Sequence record: DRR723986_4745
Length of the DNA: 34,016 nucleotides
Reading direction: 5' to 3' (one strand)
A program made the translations under genes and the position numbers. Below the pieces are notes generated by a model, which worked only from the letters and a program-made list of their open reading frames with translations, searched no databases and had not been told where the DNA came from. How positions within the stretch are numbered: position 1 is the first letter of the stretch; each line of letters opens with the position of its first letter. Below, piece after piece: positions 1 to 9,300 of the stretch.

Positions 1-34
1 ATCCCGGCCAAGCGCAGCGCGAGCCGGGATGACG
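1..34. repeat. REP/RIME-like palindromic element, truncated by the window edge
   Basis: ATCCCGGC-caagcgcagcgcga-GCCGGGAT inverted repeat followed by GACG, downstream of a minus-strand gene. It resembles the GTCATCCCGG...CCGGGATGAC short repeats of alphaproteobacteria. Confidence 0.55.
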
Positions 35-82
35 AGCCGAGGGGCTCCGTTCAAAAGAATCCGCCGCTCAGTTGCGCTGACG

Positions 83-262
83 TCATACTTCGAGATTGCT
101 GGCAGCTTCGGCAACAAGCGAGCGCGCACGACCGGCATTGGCGATCTCATGCGCCAGCAGCAAGGCGAGCTTGGCGAGGTAAAGCTCCCGTTGAGCGGAT
201 CCGATGGCATCCAGCTGTTCGGCCAAGGCCTCGTAAACGGTTTCCAGATCGGCGGGTGTCAT
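83..262 (-). CDS. Small DUF2783-like protein (59 aa, not in the ORF track)
   Basis: Manual translation: MTPADLETVYEALAEQLDAIGSAQRELYLAKLALLLAHEIANAGRARSLVAEAASNLEV*. Its ATG overlaps the monooxygenase stop (ATGA). The 'YEALAE..D...LAKLALLLA' pattern is typical of small partners of these monooxygenases. Confidence 0.8.
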   Translation of the reverse strand: MTPADLETVYEALAEQLDAIGSAQRELYLAKLALLLAHEIANAGRARSLVAEAASNLEV

Positions 263-1866
263 GCTTTTCCTCCAGCTACTGCAAGCTCGAGAGCTTGGCG
301 GGTTGCCTCTGTTGAAGCGGTTTGCCAGCGCGCTGCAATGTGCATGTCGGGCCGGACAAGATAGGCACTGCCGGCGGAAGCCGCGAGCACTTCAGCTGCT
401 TCCGAGCCCGGCTGCAGCACGACCCGGGTAAAATCCAGGTCGGCGAGACGATCCGCCACCTCTTTACTGAACGCGATCAGCGAGAACCCGTCACCGAGCA
501 CGTCGGACAGGAACCCGTCACCAACGCGCGCGTTCGGCAAGACAGCGCCGGGTTTTGGCCCACGTTCGAAGTTTTCGTCGTCCGGGTTAACAACCGGACT
601 GTCGGCATAAGTATAGGGTGTCATCTGGCGCGGGTTCGCGAGCTCTCCCGCAAAGGAGTGGCTGAGCGAAAGATTGAGAGCTGCGTCGCGCATCAATTGC
701 CAACCTGCCGTCGGCGGTGTCATGAAACGGGCAGACTTGGAGGCGTTCCGAAACACATCCAGCGTCGCCCCACGCCGCTCGGGCGTGTAGCTGTCGAGGA
801 GATCAGGACCGGCCTTGCCGTTCAGTACCCAGGCGAGTTTCCAGGCAATGTTATGGGCGTCGGCAAGACCGTTGTTGAGGCCACGTACTCCAAAGATCGG
901 CACGATGTGCGCGCTGTCGCCGATGAAAAACACCCGGCCGTCGCGATAGTCATCCAGCGCCAGGGTGTTGGCCGAATAGATGCTCCACCATTCCAGGTCC
1001 CAGTTCCCGTCATAACCGATTTCCGTCAGAACGGCGGCCACTGAGGCACGCACGGTGTCCTCGCGGATGGCTTCGGCTTCGTGCTCGCCATCGCGAAGCT
1101 GATAGTCGATGCGCCAGATATTGTCGGGCTGCTTGTGAACAAGGATCGTTCCGCCCCGGCGACAATCCGGATCGAACAGGGCGCGTCGGATCGTCGGGTA
1201 ATCATGCTCCATCTGGACGTCGGCAATCACGTAGCGGCCTTCAAAATTCTCGCCCTTGAGCCGCAGACCGCGCAAGCTCCGGACCGTGCTGCGAGCACCA
1301 TCCGCCGCCAGCAACCAGTCACAGGTCATCTGGTAGGTGCCAAGCGGATCCTCGATTGTCAGTCGCACACCTTGTTCAAGATCGTCCAGACCGCAGACCC
1401 GGCTTTGCCATCTCGTTTCGATCAGCGGCTCCCGCTGGATCGCATCCCACAGGTACTGCTCGATATATTGCTGTTCGAGGTTGTACATTGGCCGGTATTT
1501 CTCGCGCGGACTGTCCGGCATTTCAAATTCGAGGATCTGCCTACCGCGATAGAAGCTGCGGCCGGTGGTCCAGCCGAGCGATTTTTCCAGGAAGGGCTCC
1601 ACTGCGCCAAGCCGGTCGAGAATGTGGTAGCTCTGCCGGGCGATACAGATCGCGCGGCTGCCGTCGTTGAAGGTGGACTTCGCATCCAACAGGACGCAAG
1701 CAATCCCTTCGCGGGCAAGTGCCAGCGCGGCAGTCATTCCGACCGGCCCTGCTCCGGCAATGGCAACACGCGCAGGCCGGGTCAGATGCGCACGGTCTAT
1801 CGGCGCTTCGAAATGCGGATAGGTGAAATAGAGCGAGTCCGTTTCGGCACGTCCGGCTGGCCTCAT
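259..1866 (-). CDS. FAD-dependent monooxygenase (MhpA/PheA-like aromatic hydroxylase family)
   Basis: GAGPVG dinucleotide motif, ADGARS (DG) motif, GDSAH...PIFGVRGLNNG (GD) motif, C-terminal LVRPD. Confidence 0.9.
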   Translation of the reverse strand: MRPAGRAETDSLYFTYPHFEAPIDRAHLTRPARVAIAGAGPVGMTAALALAREGIACVLLDAKSTFNDGSRAICIARQSYHILDRLGAVEPFLEKSLGWTTGRSFYRGRQILEFEMPDSPREKYRPMYNLEQQYIEQYLWDAIQREPLIETRWQSRVCGLDDLEQGVRLTIEDPLGTYQMTCDWLLAADGARSTVRSLRGLRLKGENFEGRYVIADVQMEHDYPTIRRALFDPDCRRGGTILVHKQPDNIWRIDYQLRDGEHEAEAIREDTVRASVAAVLTEIGYDGNWDLEWWSIYSANTLALDDYRDGRVFFIGDSAHIVPIFGVRGLNNGLADAHNIAWKLAWVLNGKAGPDLLDSYTPERRGATLDVFRNASKSARFMTPPTAGWQLMRDAALNLSLSHSFAGELANPRQMTPYTYADSPVVNPDDENFERGPKPGAVLPNARVGDGFLSDVLGDGFSLIAFSKEVADRLADLDFTRVVLQPGSEAAEVLAASAGSAYLVRPDMHIAARWQTASTEATRQALELAVAGGKA

Positions 1867-1957
1867 TTGAGGATCCTCCCTGATTGTTGGCAGAAGATTA
1901 GGAGCCTTGCCGTCTCGCGTCTGTCCCCTTTCGGGGAGGACATGCTATCAGCATTTC

Positions 1958-2668
1958 ATGAGCACTCCGGACGGACACACCACAGCCTGTCACATCGAAG
2001 CCTGCCTTGCGGATCTGGGCACGGATCGGTTTGCCCAGACCTTTGTCTCGTTTGTCGAAACGCTCGGTGTCGACCAGATCATGGTTTTTGCAATCGAGAA
2101 CACGCAGGCTCGCTGTCTGCTGTCGTGGCACTTCAGCCGCTCCGTCATGGCCGGAAAACTTGCCGAGACCTATCTCGACGGCTGGTTTCTCAAGGATCCA
2201 CTGTTGCCCGACCTGGTGGCGTCACCGCCTCAGTCCGTGACCTTGAGCCGGCTGGACGAGATCGAGGGCCGGATGAGCGCAGACTACCGGAAGCTTTTTT
2301 TCGAAAATCCCGGCATGCTGGCAAAGACGACATTGCTTGCGGTCGGTGAAAAACTGCGCCTTTTCGTCAGCCTCTATCAAAGCGATCCTGCCGCTCCCCT
2401 GTGTGATCCGGATCTTGCACGCCTTGCAGGCCGTCTGGCTCTGCTCCATTTCGAAAAGGCATCGGACACGGATCTGCCACCGCCTTTGGCGGCGCTCAGC
2501 GAGCGGGAGCGTTCGGTGTGTCTGGGCATCCTGTCCGGACGCAAGGCGGAGGCGATCGCGGCGGATCTCGACGTTGCTCCTTCGACAGTTATCACATACC
2601 GCAAACGCGCTTACGCAAAGCTTGGCATTACCTCCAGAGCCGGCCTCTTCGCAATCTGCGGGAAGTAG
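1958..2668 (+). CDS. LuxR-family transcriptional regulator (sensor domain plus C-terminal HTH, no receiver domain)
   Basis: LSERERSVC...IAADLDVAPSTVITYRKRAYAKLGI HTH. Divergent from the monooxygenase. Start moved to ATG 1958 (uncertain). Confidence 0.85.
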   Translation: MSTPDGHTTACHIEACLADLGTDRFAQTFVSFVETLGVDQIMVFAIENTQARCLLSWHFSRSVMAGKLAETYLDGWFLKDPLLPDLVASPPQSVTLSRLDEIEGRMSADYRKLFFENPGMLAKTTLLAVGEKLRLFVSLYQSDPAAPLCDPDLARLAGRLALLHFEKASDTDLPPPLAALSERERSVCLGILSGRKAEAIAADLDVAPSTVITYRKRAYAKLGITSRAGLFAICGK

Positions 2669-2710
2669 CTGCAACTTACCAGGGCGAACCGCGCCAGAAA
2701 CCTGCAACTC

Positions 2711-2739
2711 GTTGACAGGCACCAAAGGCGCTCCTAATG
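2711..2739 (+). promoter_or_regulatory. Putative sigma70 promoter
   Basis: GTTGAC-N17-CTAATG, close to the alphaproteobacterial CTTGAC-N17-CTATAT consensus. Confidence 0.45.
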
Positions 2740-2747
2740 ATGCTCTC

Positions 2748-2880
2748 ATGTGCGAAGAAGATACTCATATCGTGTCTCGGCTCGCTTGCATCCCAATAGG
2801 CGGGATGCAGGCTGATTGTGTACGCTGAGTTTCAAGCGTTTCGCGCACCTGCACCCCCGCCGGATCGGGCGGGGCTTTGC
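2748..2880 (+). promoter_or_regulatory. Putative attenuator: 26-aa uORF (2748-2828) plus alternative hairpins
   Basis: uORF MCEEDTHIVSRLACIPIGGMQADCVR*. Stem 2784-2794/2802-2812, alternative pairing 2799-2811/2848-2861, and hairpin 2855-2861/2868-2874 followed by CTTT. Confidence 0.45.
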
Positions 2881-2925
2881 CTGTTGCGGTGCGCGCCGTC
2901 CATCGGCACTCTGATGGAGAAATAA

Positions 2926-3651
2926 ATGGCACAAAACATCTATGACGAACCGGCCTTTTTTGAAGGTTACAGCCAGCTGCCCAGGTCGCAGTTCGGCCTT
3001 GACGGGGCTCCCGAATGGCCTGCTATCCGGGCACTGTTGCCCGAAGCAAATGGGCTGCACGTTGCAGATCTCGGCTGCGGTTTCGGCTGGTTTGCCCGCT
3101 GGGTCCGGAGCGCTGGTGCTGCGCATGTACTCGGTTTCGACCTGTCTGAAAACATGCTTGCCCGTGCGCGGGACGAAACCGAAGACGATGCGATCGTTTA
3201 CCGGACTGCTGACCTGGAAACCCTGAACCTGCCTCAGGCAGCCCTCGACCTGGTCTACAGCTCGCTCGCCTTTCACTATATCGAGGACTTCAACCGGCTG
3301 GCCGGAGAGATCTTCAGATCACTCAAGGCAGGAGGCAGTTTTGTCTTCAGCATCGAACACCCGATCTTCATGGCACCAGTAGAACCTGGATGGATCGAAC
3401 TGAACGGCCGGAAGTCTTGGCCGGTCAACCAGTATCTTCGCGAAGGAGCGCGGGAAACCAGTTGGCTGGCCGATGGCGTCGTCAAATACCACCGTACCAT
3501 CGGCACCACGCTCAACACGCTGATCGCGGCAGGTTTCACGGTTGATCATGTACTTGAATGGTTCCCCGGCGAAGAGCAGATCGAAGCCATGCCATCGTTG
3601 GCGGAAGAGATGGAGCGCCCGATGATCCTGATCGTCAAGGCACGCGTTTGA
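2926..3651 (+). CDS. Class I SAM-dependent methyltransferase
   Basis: VADLGCGFGW motif I, GFDLSENML, LVYSSLAFHY. SD GGAGA upstream. Confidence 0.9.
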   Translation: MAQNIYDEPAFFEGYSQLPRSQFGLDGAPEWPAIRALLPEANGLHVADLGCGFGWFARWVRSAGAAHVLGFDLSENMLARARDETEDDAIVYRTADLETLNLPQAALDLVYSSLAFHYIEDFNRLAGEIFRSLKAGGSFVFSIEHPIFMAPVEPGWIELNGRKSWPVNQYLREGARETSWLADGVVKYHRTIGTTLNTLIAAGFTVDHVLEWFPGEEQIEAMPSLAEEMERPMILIVKARV

Positions 3652-3655
3652 GTCC

Positions 3656-3693
3656 GGAGCGCGGGCGGTTCAAGAACGGCCGCCCGCGCTTCC
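3656..3693. terminator. GC-rich hairpin between convergent genes
   Basis: AGCGCGGGCGG ... CCGCCCGCGCT inverted repeat overlapping the 3' end of the XRE gene. Confidence 0.5.
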
Positions 3694-4488
3694 AGCGCTC
3701 AAGGCGCTCATCTGCCTTGCCGTTTCCTCGTCTGCGGGAAAGAAGGCCTCGATGGCGATTTCGGACAAGGTGACATCCACGGCCGTGCCGAACACCGTCG
3801 TGGTGCTCAGAAAGCTCAAGGTTCCGTTGGGGCCTTGCAGATAAAGCGGAACGGCGATGCGTCCCTTCTGTGACGGTACCTCGGTCCGTGATTTGCGCGA
3901 CCGGTCTGGAGCCATCTCGGTGAGTTCCTCCCTGAGCGCGGCAAGCTTCGGGTCGGCGGACTGATCTACCTCATGTGCGAGGCGTGCAAGAATATGGGCG
4001 TGCCATTCACCGAGATTGAGGATGCGCGGGGCCAGACCATCAGGGTGCAGGCTGAGACGAAGCACATTTACCGGTGCTTCCAGCAGGTGCGGCGCGACGC
4101 CATCCAGCAGGGCAAAGATCGCCTGATTGGCGGCTTGCAGCTCCCAATACCGGTTCACGGCAAGGGCAGGGTGGGGCAGATGTCCGTCGAGGATCTGCCG
4201 TACAACAGCGGTTGCCGCGGCAAGTTCAGGCTCATCCAGCCCGTGCTGCGGATATTGCGGGGCATGGCCTGCCGCAACAAGAATGGCATTGCGTTCACGC
4301 AAGGGGACATCCAGCTGTTCGGCAAGATGCATCACCATGTCCCGGCTCGGACGAGACCGTCCTGATTCCAGAAAACTCAGGTGGCGCTGAGAGATATCCG
4401 CTTCACTGGCCAGTGCAAGCTGGCTCATTCGCCGGTGTTGTCGCCACTGGCGCAGCAGGTCACCTGCCGTTTCCGTTGTTCGTTTCAT
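3670..4488 (-). CDS. XRE-family HTH regulator with MmyB-like ligand-binding domain
   Basis: LLRQWRQHRRMSQLALASEADISQRHLSFLESGRSRPSR HTH. PALAVNRYW, NVLRLSLHP and IEAFFPAD match the MmyB-type C-terminal domain. Start at 4488 is inferred. Confidence 0.9.
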   Translation of the reverse strand: MKRTTETAGDLLRQWRQHRRMSQLALASEADISQRHLSFLESGRSRPSRDMVMHLAEQLDVPLRERNAILVAAGHAPQYPQHGLDEPELAAATAVVRQILDGHLPHPALAVNRYWELQAANQAIFALLDGVAPHLLEAPVNVLRLSLHPDGLAPRILNLGEWHAHILARLAHEVDQSADPKLAALREELTEMAPDRSRKSRTEVPSQKGRIAVPLYLQGPNGTLSFLSTTTVFGTAVDVTLSEIAIEAFFPADEETARQMSALSAGSAGGRS

Positions 4489-4520
4489 GAGCATTACCCT
4501 GCCGGCGCAGTTTCTGAGAT

Positions 4521-4543
4521 TCAATTACCTGCGAAGTAATCGA
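4521..4543. promoter_or_regulatory. Palindromic operator, probably for the XRE/MmyB regulator
   Basis: TCAATTAC-ctgcgaa-GTAATCGA (core ATTAC-N7-GTAAT) in the divergent intergenic region. Confidence 0.55.
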
Positions 4544-4617
4544 CTTCAGAACATCGATTGGCAATCCTCTTGTCATCGCACTTGCAGTGTGCGGGTGGAT
4601 TTCACGAGTGGAGACAG

Positions 4618-5031
4618 ATGATGACCAAATCGAATTCAGGTGTTCCGTTACAGGTGGTTCTAAGGTTTGACGCGCTCACCTGTGCGGTGATGGGTGTCCT
4701 GCTGGTCGGTGCATCCAGATGGATCGCTGGATTGACGGCACTTCCAGGCGAGCTCCTGTTCTGGGCAGGTCTGGCCTTGTTTCCAGTAGCGGTTTTCATG
4801 GGAGTATTCGCGTTTGCCGGTCAGGTGCCTGTCTGGGCTTCAAGCCTGGTAGTTGCCGGCAATCTTCTATGGGTGCTGGCTAGTTTGCTGCTGCCGTTGA
4901 TAGGCCTGTTTGCGCCCAACGTGCTGGGCTGGGCGTTCTTGTTGGCGCAGGCCGTCGTCGTGCTCTGCTTCACCTGGCTGGAGTGGAAAGCCGCAAGGCT
5001 TCAGCCCGCCATTGCGCAACCGCTTGCTTGA
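4618..5031 (+). CDS. Hypothetical integral membrane protein (~4 TM)
   Basis: Four hydrophobic segments. SD GGAG before ATGATG at 4618. Divergent from the MmyB-like regulator. Confidence 0.75.
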   Translation: MMTKSNSGVPLQVVLRFDALTCAVMGVLLVGASRWIAGLTALPGELLFWAGLALFPVAVFMGVFAFAGQVPVWASSLVVAGNLLWVLASLLLPLIGLFAPNVLGWAFLLAQAVVVLCFTWLEWKAARLQPAIAQPLA

Positions 5032-5043
5032 AGAGGCCGGACC

Positions 5044-5364
5044 ATGACCTGTTACGCCATCGGCCATCTGCGCGAAATCGAAATGGGGCCCGACATCGTG
5101 ACCTATCTGGAAGGGATCGACGCAACGCTGGCACCCTTTGACGGCCGCTTCATCATCCATGGTGGCGAAAAACATCAGCTGGAAGGCGCGTTCCAGGGAG
5201 ACCTCATCGTGATTGCCTTTCCTGACCAGGTACGGGCCGAGGCCTGGTATGTATCGCCGGCCTACCGGACGATCCTGCCGCTACGCCTGAACAAGGCGGT
5301 GGGCGAGGTGTTCCTGATCGAAGGCGTCGACGCGGATCACAAGGCAACGGATGTGCTTTCGTGA
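5044..5364 (+). CDS. DUF1330 family protein
   Basis: Y...IDATLAPFDGRFIIHGG...LEG...VIAFPD...AEAWY.SPAY pattern. SD GAGG upstream. Confidence 0.85.
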   Translation: MTCYAIGHLREIEMGPDIVTYLEGIDATLAPFDGRFIIHGGEKHQLEGAFQGDLIVIAFPDQVRAEAWYVSPAYRTILPLRLNKAVGEVFLIEGVDADHKATDVLS

Positions 5365-5393
5365 TCTTCCGACGAAGTCGCAGCACGAAACGG

Positions 5394-5425
5394 AAAGGCC
5401 GGTCCCGATGAGGAACCGGCCTTTT
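5394..5425. terminator. Bidirectional rho-independent terminator
   Basis: AAAGGCCGGT ... ACCGGCCTTTT between convergent genes. Confidence 0.75.
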
Positions 5426-5448
5426 GACTTGTTGTCCTTGCCTGCGTC

Positions 5449-6249
5449 CTAGAAGCTGATGGCAACTCCCATCAATGGGCCGTGTGTGACCGTGTCATAG
5501 CTGAAGGCGGATCGGCCGGACTTGCCGTTGTCATAGTCGACGCCGGTTGCCTTGTATTGCAGATGCAGCGCAACACGATCATTGAAGTGATAGCCGACAC
5601 CGCCTTGCAGACCCCAGGTGAAGTCCGACACCAGGCCAAAACCACCGACGTTACCGCTGCCGAACAGCGACCATTTGGGTGCCACGAAAACCTGCCCGCG
5701 AACGCCGATCACCGGATCGATCCATTGTTCGGTGATTGTTCGGGTAAAGGTGTCGGCCGGCGTGTTGGCACTGACCTTCAGCTGGTTGTACCACCAGCGG
5801 CCCCCGGCATAGGCTTCGGCCCAGTTCCGGTCCTGATGCCAGAAGCGGTAGCCGAAGAAGGCTTCGGTCACCAATTGCTTGACGCCAGCATCGATACTGC
5901 CGCCAACACGCGGAAAACTGCGGCCTTTGCCAAGGTCCATGTAGGCCACGTCCAGCGTCGCGCCGAAACGATTGTCGTAAAGCGCTTCGAAATGACCCAT
6001 CGCCCCGAATTGAAGGTTCTCGAAAATGGTTCCGGGGGAAACGTCGAGCGACGTATTGGGCAATCGGCCGATACGGCTGTTTCCCTGAATGGTCGGGGCA
6101 AGCAGGTAAGGCGCGACGACGAATTTCCACGTTCGGTCGACACGCACATCCGGTGTTTCAACCGGAGCAGGCGCCTGGGCCAGATCGGCAGCCTGTGCGC
6201 CCCCGGTCAGCAGGCTGGCCAAAATCAGAAGAAATGCACTTCTTTTCAT
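5449..6249 (-). CDS. Predicted outer-membrane beta-barrel protein
   Basis: Signal peptide MKRSAFLLILASLLTGGAQA, alternating amphipathic strands, WIDPVIGVR, C-terminal Phe (GVAISF). Start at ATG 6249. Confidence 0.75.
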   Translation of the reverse strand: MKRSAFLLILASLLTGGAQAADLAQAPAPVETPDVRVDRTWKFVVAPYLLAPTIQGNSRIGRLPNTSLDVSPGTIFENLQFGAMGHFEALYDNRFGATLDVAYMDLGKGRSFPRVGGSIDAGVKQLVTEAFFGYRFWHQDRNWAEAYAGGRWWYNQLKVSANTPADTFTRTITEQWIDPVIGVRGQVFVAPKWSLFGSGNVGGFGLVSDFTWGLQGGVGYHFNDRVALHLQYKATGVDYDNGKSGRSAFSYDTVTHGPLMGVAISF

Positions 6250-6272
6250 ATCACCCCACCCCTGTTGGCTCC

Positions 6273-7064
6273 CTATTTCGGGAAGAGAAAGGTTACTGCT
6301 GCCCGTGCGCCGAAGCCCTCCGGGCCGTTGTCGGAACTTGCCGCATAATATCGAACACCTGCCTGAAAGCTGATGGGTTGCTTGCCGATGGTCACAAGTT
6401 TGGCAACCATGGCGTTGATCGGCACGGACCATTCGTCCGACGTCCAGTCATAGGTACTTTCCGAGTTCAGCGTGAAGGTCCAGGCGTCGTCGGTTGTGTA
6501 GGACAGGAACGGCTGCAGGAAGGTCGAATTGACGTCGTTACGGTTGTCATCGCCCGCGTAGGACCAGACGTGATTGACGAGCCCGCCATAGGTCCACGGG
6601 CCGGACTGGCGTAGCACGACGCCCGTCGGACCAGCACCCCATTTGCGGGTGCTCAACAGGTCGTCGGTACCTGTCGGAAGCAGCAACACCGGGCCAAGGC
6701 CCCAGATGATCCCGCCGGACGTTGGCTCCTTTGGCGAAAAGAAGAAGCTCTGCGTCGTGTCGCTGAGACCGAACTGCGTGCCTGAATTTCCGGCAATGTC
6801 ATCCTGCCAGACCACAGGCAGGATCGTTCGAGAGATCAGGTTCCAGTCCTCGTTGAGCGAGAACGGCACCACGGGCTGTATGTTGAGCGTGACCTTGTTG
6901 CCGTCGGCAGGACCAAATCCGTGATCGTAGTTCCATTGAAACGGGACGCTGATGAGCGACGCCACGGGGTTGGAGAGCTTCTTTGCGAGATCGGAATCCT
7001 GAGCGCCCGCCGGTGTCATCTGGAAGAAAAGCGCCAGAGCGCACAAGGTAACCAGCTGTTTCAT
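6273..7064 (-). CDS. Predicted outer-membrane beta-barrel transporter-like protein
   Basis: Signal peptide, LAKKLSNPVASLISVPFQ, LNIQPVVPF, WGAGPTGV, QPFLSY, aromatic C-terminus TFLFPK. Confidence 0.8.
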   Translation of the reverse strand: MKQLVTLCALALFFQMTPAGAQDSDLAKKLSNPVASLISVPFQWNYDHGFGPADGNKVTLNIQPVVPFSLNEDWNLISRTILPVVWQDDIAGNSGTQFGLSDTTQSFFFSPKEPTSGGIIWGLGPVLLLPTGTDDLLSTRKWGAGPTGVVLRQSGPWTYGGLVNHVWSYAGDDNRNDVNSTFLQPFLSYTTDDAWTFTLNSESTYDWTSDEWSVPINAMVAKLVTIGKQPISFQAGVRYYAASSDNGPEGFGARAAVTFLFPK

Positions 7065-7198
7065 GGTCTCATTCCTTCCATGCTCAAGAGGACTGCCCTT
7101 GCAGGGGCCTGATCATCCATGAAACCCAGAAGCTCCTTCCGGGTTTTGTGGATGTACTTCTGGAAATGGCAATCAGGAGTATAGCATGCCTTTTCGTC

Positions 7199-9154
7199 TT
7201 ATTGCTGTGAAAGCTGTTGCCTGTAGGATTGCAATGTCGGGTCAGAAGGATTGGCAACCAGAGCCTTTTGCAGACTGAGCTGCGCTCCCGCCATGTCACC
7301 GACCGCCATCTTGATGCGCACCTGCATCACCCAGGCATTGATCATTTGCGGATCCAGCAGGGTGACTTCCTCAAAGGCTGCTATGGCTGCAGGGATATTG
7401 CGAAGAACGAGCGCGGTTCCACCAAGTACCAGCTGGGTCTCCGGAAAATCCGCCTTGTTCGCGAGTGATTGCTGCCATTCGGTTGTGGCTCTGGAGGCAG
7501 CCTCGGCCATTTGGTTCGGCATATGGGCAATGGGGGCGCCGATCATGAGACGGGCCGCGGCAATCCGGACGGCTTTGACCGGATCACTCAAGGAAGGAAT
7601 GATCCGTGGAAGCCGCTGGGTTGGCGGAACTGGCTGCTGTAATGCCAGCGCTCCGGCGCGGACGATTGGCTCCGGATCTGCCAAGAGGTCGGTGACGGCC
7701 TCGGCGATCTCCGGTGTCGCAACAGGCAACAGCAGGTCCAGCGCGCTCGCCCGCACGACCCCGGGGTAACTCGCTTGATGGGCGACCGCCAGAAGGTCCG
7801 CGGCGTTCACGCCCGGGTTCTGCCGTGCCGCCGAAAAGATCTCTGCAAAATGTGGCCCACGGTGACGACTGTCCGGAAACCGCTTTTCAAGTTCTCCGGT
7901 GGCCCAGGCGGCGGACTTGTCGGTGTGGCAGTCGTTGCAGGCATTCGGCGTGCCGAGCTTTTCCGAAAGATCCGGCCGTGGAACGCGGAAGGAATGATCT
8001 CTTCGCCCGTCGATACCCATATAGACGCGCTCGATCATGTGGCAGGATTTGCACTCGGCGCCCGGCGTCTCCGGTTGATGGAAATGATGGGAAGGGTCGT
8101 CATAGAGCTTGCCCGTCAGCGACGGAAACGCCTCGTTGCCTGCGGGACTGTGGCATTGTGTGCAAACGGCGTTGCCTTCCGCGCGCAATTCTCCGCTGTG
8201 TGGCTCGTGGCAATTGCTGCAGCTCACGCCCTTGGCATACATCTTTGACTGCAGAAATGAGCCGTAGACATAGACCTCGTCAAGGATCTGCCCATCGGCG
8301 TGATAAAGGCCTTCGCGTAGTGGCGATAGCCGGTACGCATCATGGAACGGTGTGCCAGGCAACGGATTGCCGTCCTCAAAGGCTTCGCGGCGCGAATGAC
8401 AACCTGCGCATTGCTGGATTTCCGCTTCCGGCTGGCCTTTTGCAAACACCGGCAGAACACCGGTTGGTCCGGTTCCGGGGAAGGGGCTTTTGCCGTAAGT
8501 TTCCGGGTCTTTCGCCCAGGCAAGATGGGCTGCGCCCGGTCCGTGACAGGCTTCGCATCCGACGCCGATTTCCGCCTGCCGGCTGGAATAGGTCCTGGTG
8601 CCGGGGTCGTAATTCTTTTCAAAGCCGGTGGCGTGGCACTCGGCGCAGCGGGCATTCCAGTTCTTGTAAGGTCCGGTCCAGTGCAGCCCGTCTTCAGGCG
8701 GTGGAGCATCGTCTCCGTAAAGGTGGTACCAGCGCTTGTTCTGCTGATCCCAGACCACGTCGAAAGACTGAACCCGTCCCGGTTCCGTTTCGACAAGATA
8801 CTGTTGCAGCGGAGCAATTCCGTCGACGCCGATCACCTTGAATGTTTGCGTCTTACCCGGAACGTCGCTCGTCTCGATGAAATAGTCGCCGTCGCGTGCG
8901 AAGAAGCGGCTGGTGCGCCCCTTGTGCGTGAACTGCGAATTGTCGAAGTCCGCGTCGACCGTATCCGGTCCGGGCTCCATCCATGCCTTGGAATGGTGCG
9001 AAGCGCGCCAGGCGCCGGCTTCCGCCTCATGGCAACCGGTACATGTTGCTGTGCCGGCATAGTCCGGAACAGCGGCAGAAAGGTTTTCGGCTGCATTGGC
9101 ACTCTGGAACCAGAGCACGGCAAGGAGCGCGACGAGCAAACGGGTGAACAACAT
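7199..9154 (-). CDS. Exported octaheme cytochrome c with C-terminal HEAT/TPR repeats
   Basis: Signal peptide and eight CxxCH motifs (CTGCH, CAECH, CEACH, CAGCH, CSNCH, CTQCH, CKSCH, CNDCH). HEAT-like 'LADPEPIVRA' and 'LSDPVKAVRIAAA', then a TPR-like tail. Confidence 0.9.
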   Translation of the reverse strand: MLFTRLLVALLAVLWFQSANAAENLSAAVPDYAGTATCTGCHEAEAGAWRASHHSKAWMEPGPDTVDADFDNSQFTHKGRTSRFFARDGDYFIETSDVPGKTQTFKVIGVDGIAPLQQYLVETEPGRVQSFDVVWDQQNKRWYHLYGDDAPPPEDGLHWTGPYKNWNARCAECHATGFEKNYDPGTRTYSSRQAEIGVGCEACHGPGAAHLAWAKDPETYGKSPFPGTGPTGVLPVFAKGQPEAEIQQCAGCHSRREAFEDGNPLPGTPFHDAYRLSPLREGLYHADGQILDEVYVYGSFLQSKMYAKGVSCSNCHEPHSGELRAEGNAVCTQCHSPAGNEAFPSLTGKLYDDPSHHFHQPETPGAECKSCHMIERVYMGIDGRRDHSFRVPRPDLSEKLGTPNACNDCHTDKSAAWATGELEKRFPDSRHRGPHFAEIFSAARQNPGVNAADLLAVAHQASYPGVVRASALDLLLPVATPEIAEAVTDLLADPEPIVRAGALALQQPVPPTQRLPRIIPSLSDPVKAVRIAAARLMIGAPIAHMPNQMAEAASRATTEWQQSLANKADFPETQLVLGGTALVLRNIPAAIAAFEEVTLLDPQMINAWVMQVRIKMAVGDMAGAQLSLQKALVANPSDPTLQSYRQQLSQQ

Positions 9155-9300
9155 TCTGTGCGCTCAAACCTTTCCGTCAAAGCCGCTGGGTAAAACGAGA
9201 CGTCTGATGCTGCCGGCACTGCCTGGTGCTTGTGCAGGCTCCATGCGGAGAAGCTGCTGCCTACCGGCTGCTTCTCCGCACGGCTTCGTCTCGCCGATGC

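Noticed and set aside
1081-2349. 422-aa plus-strand ORF
   Set aside because: It overlaps the monooxygenase antisense and the LuxR gene out of frame, and has no domain signature.
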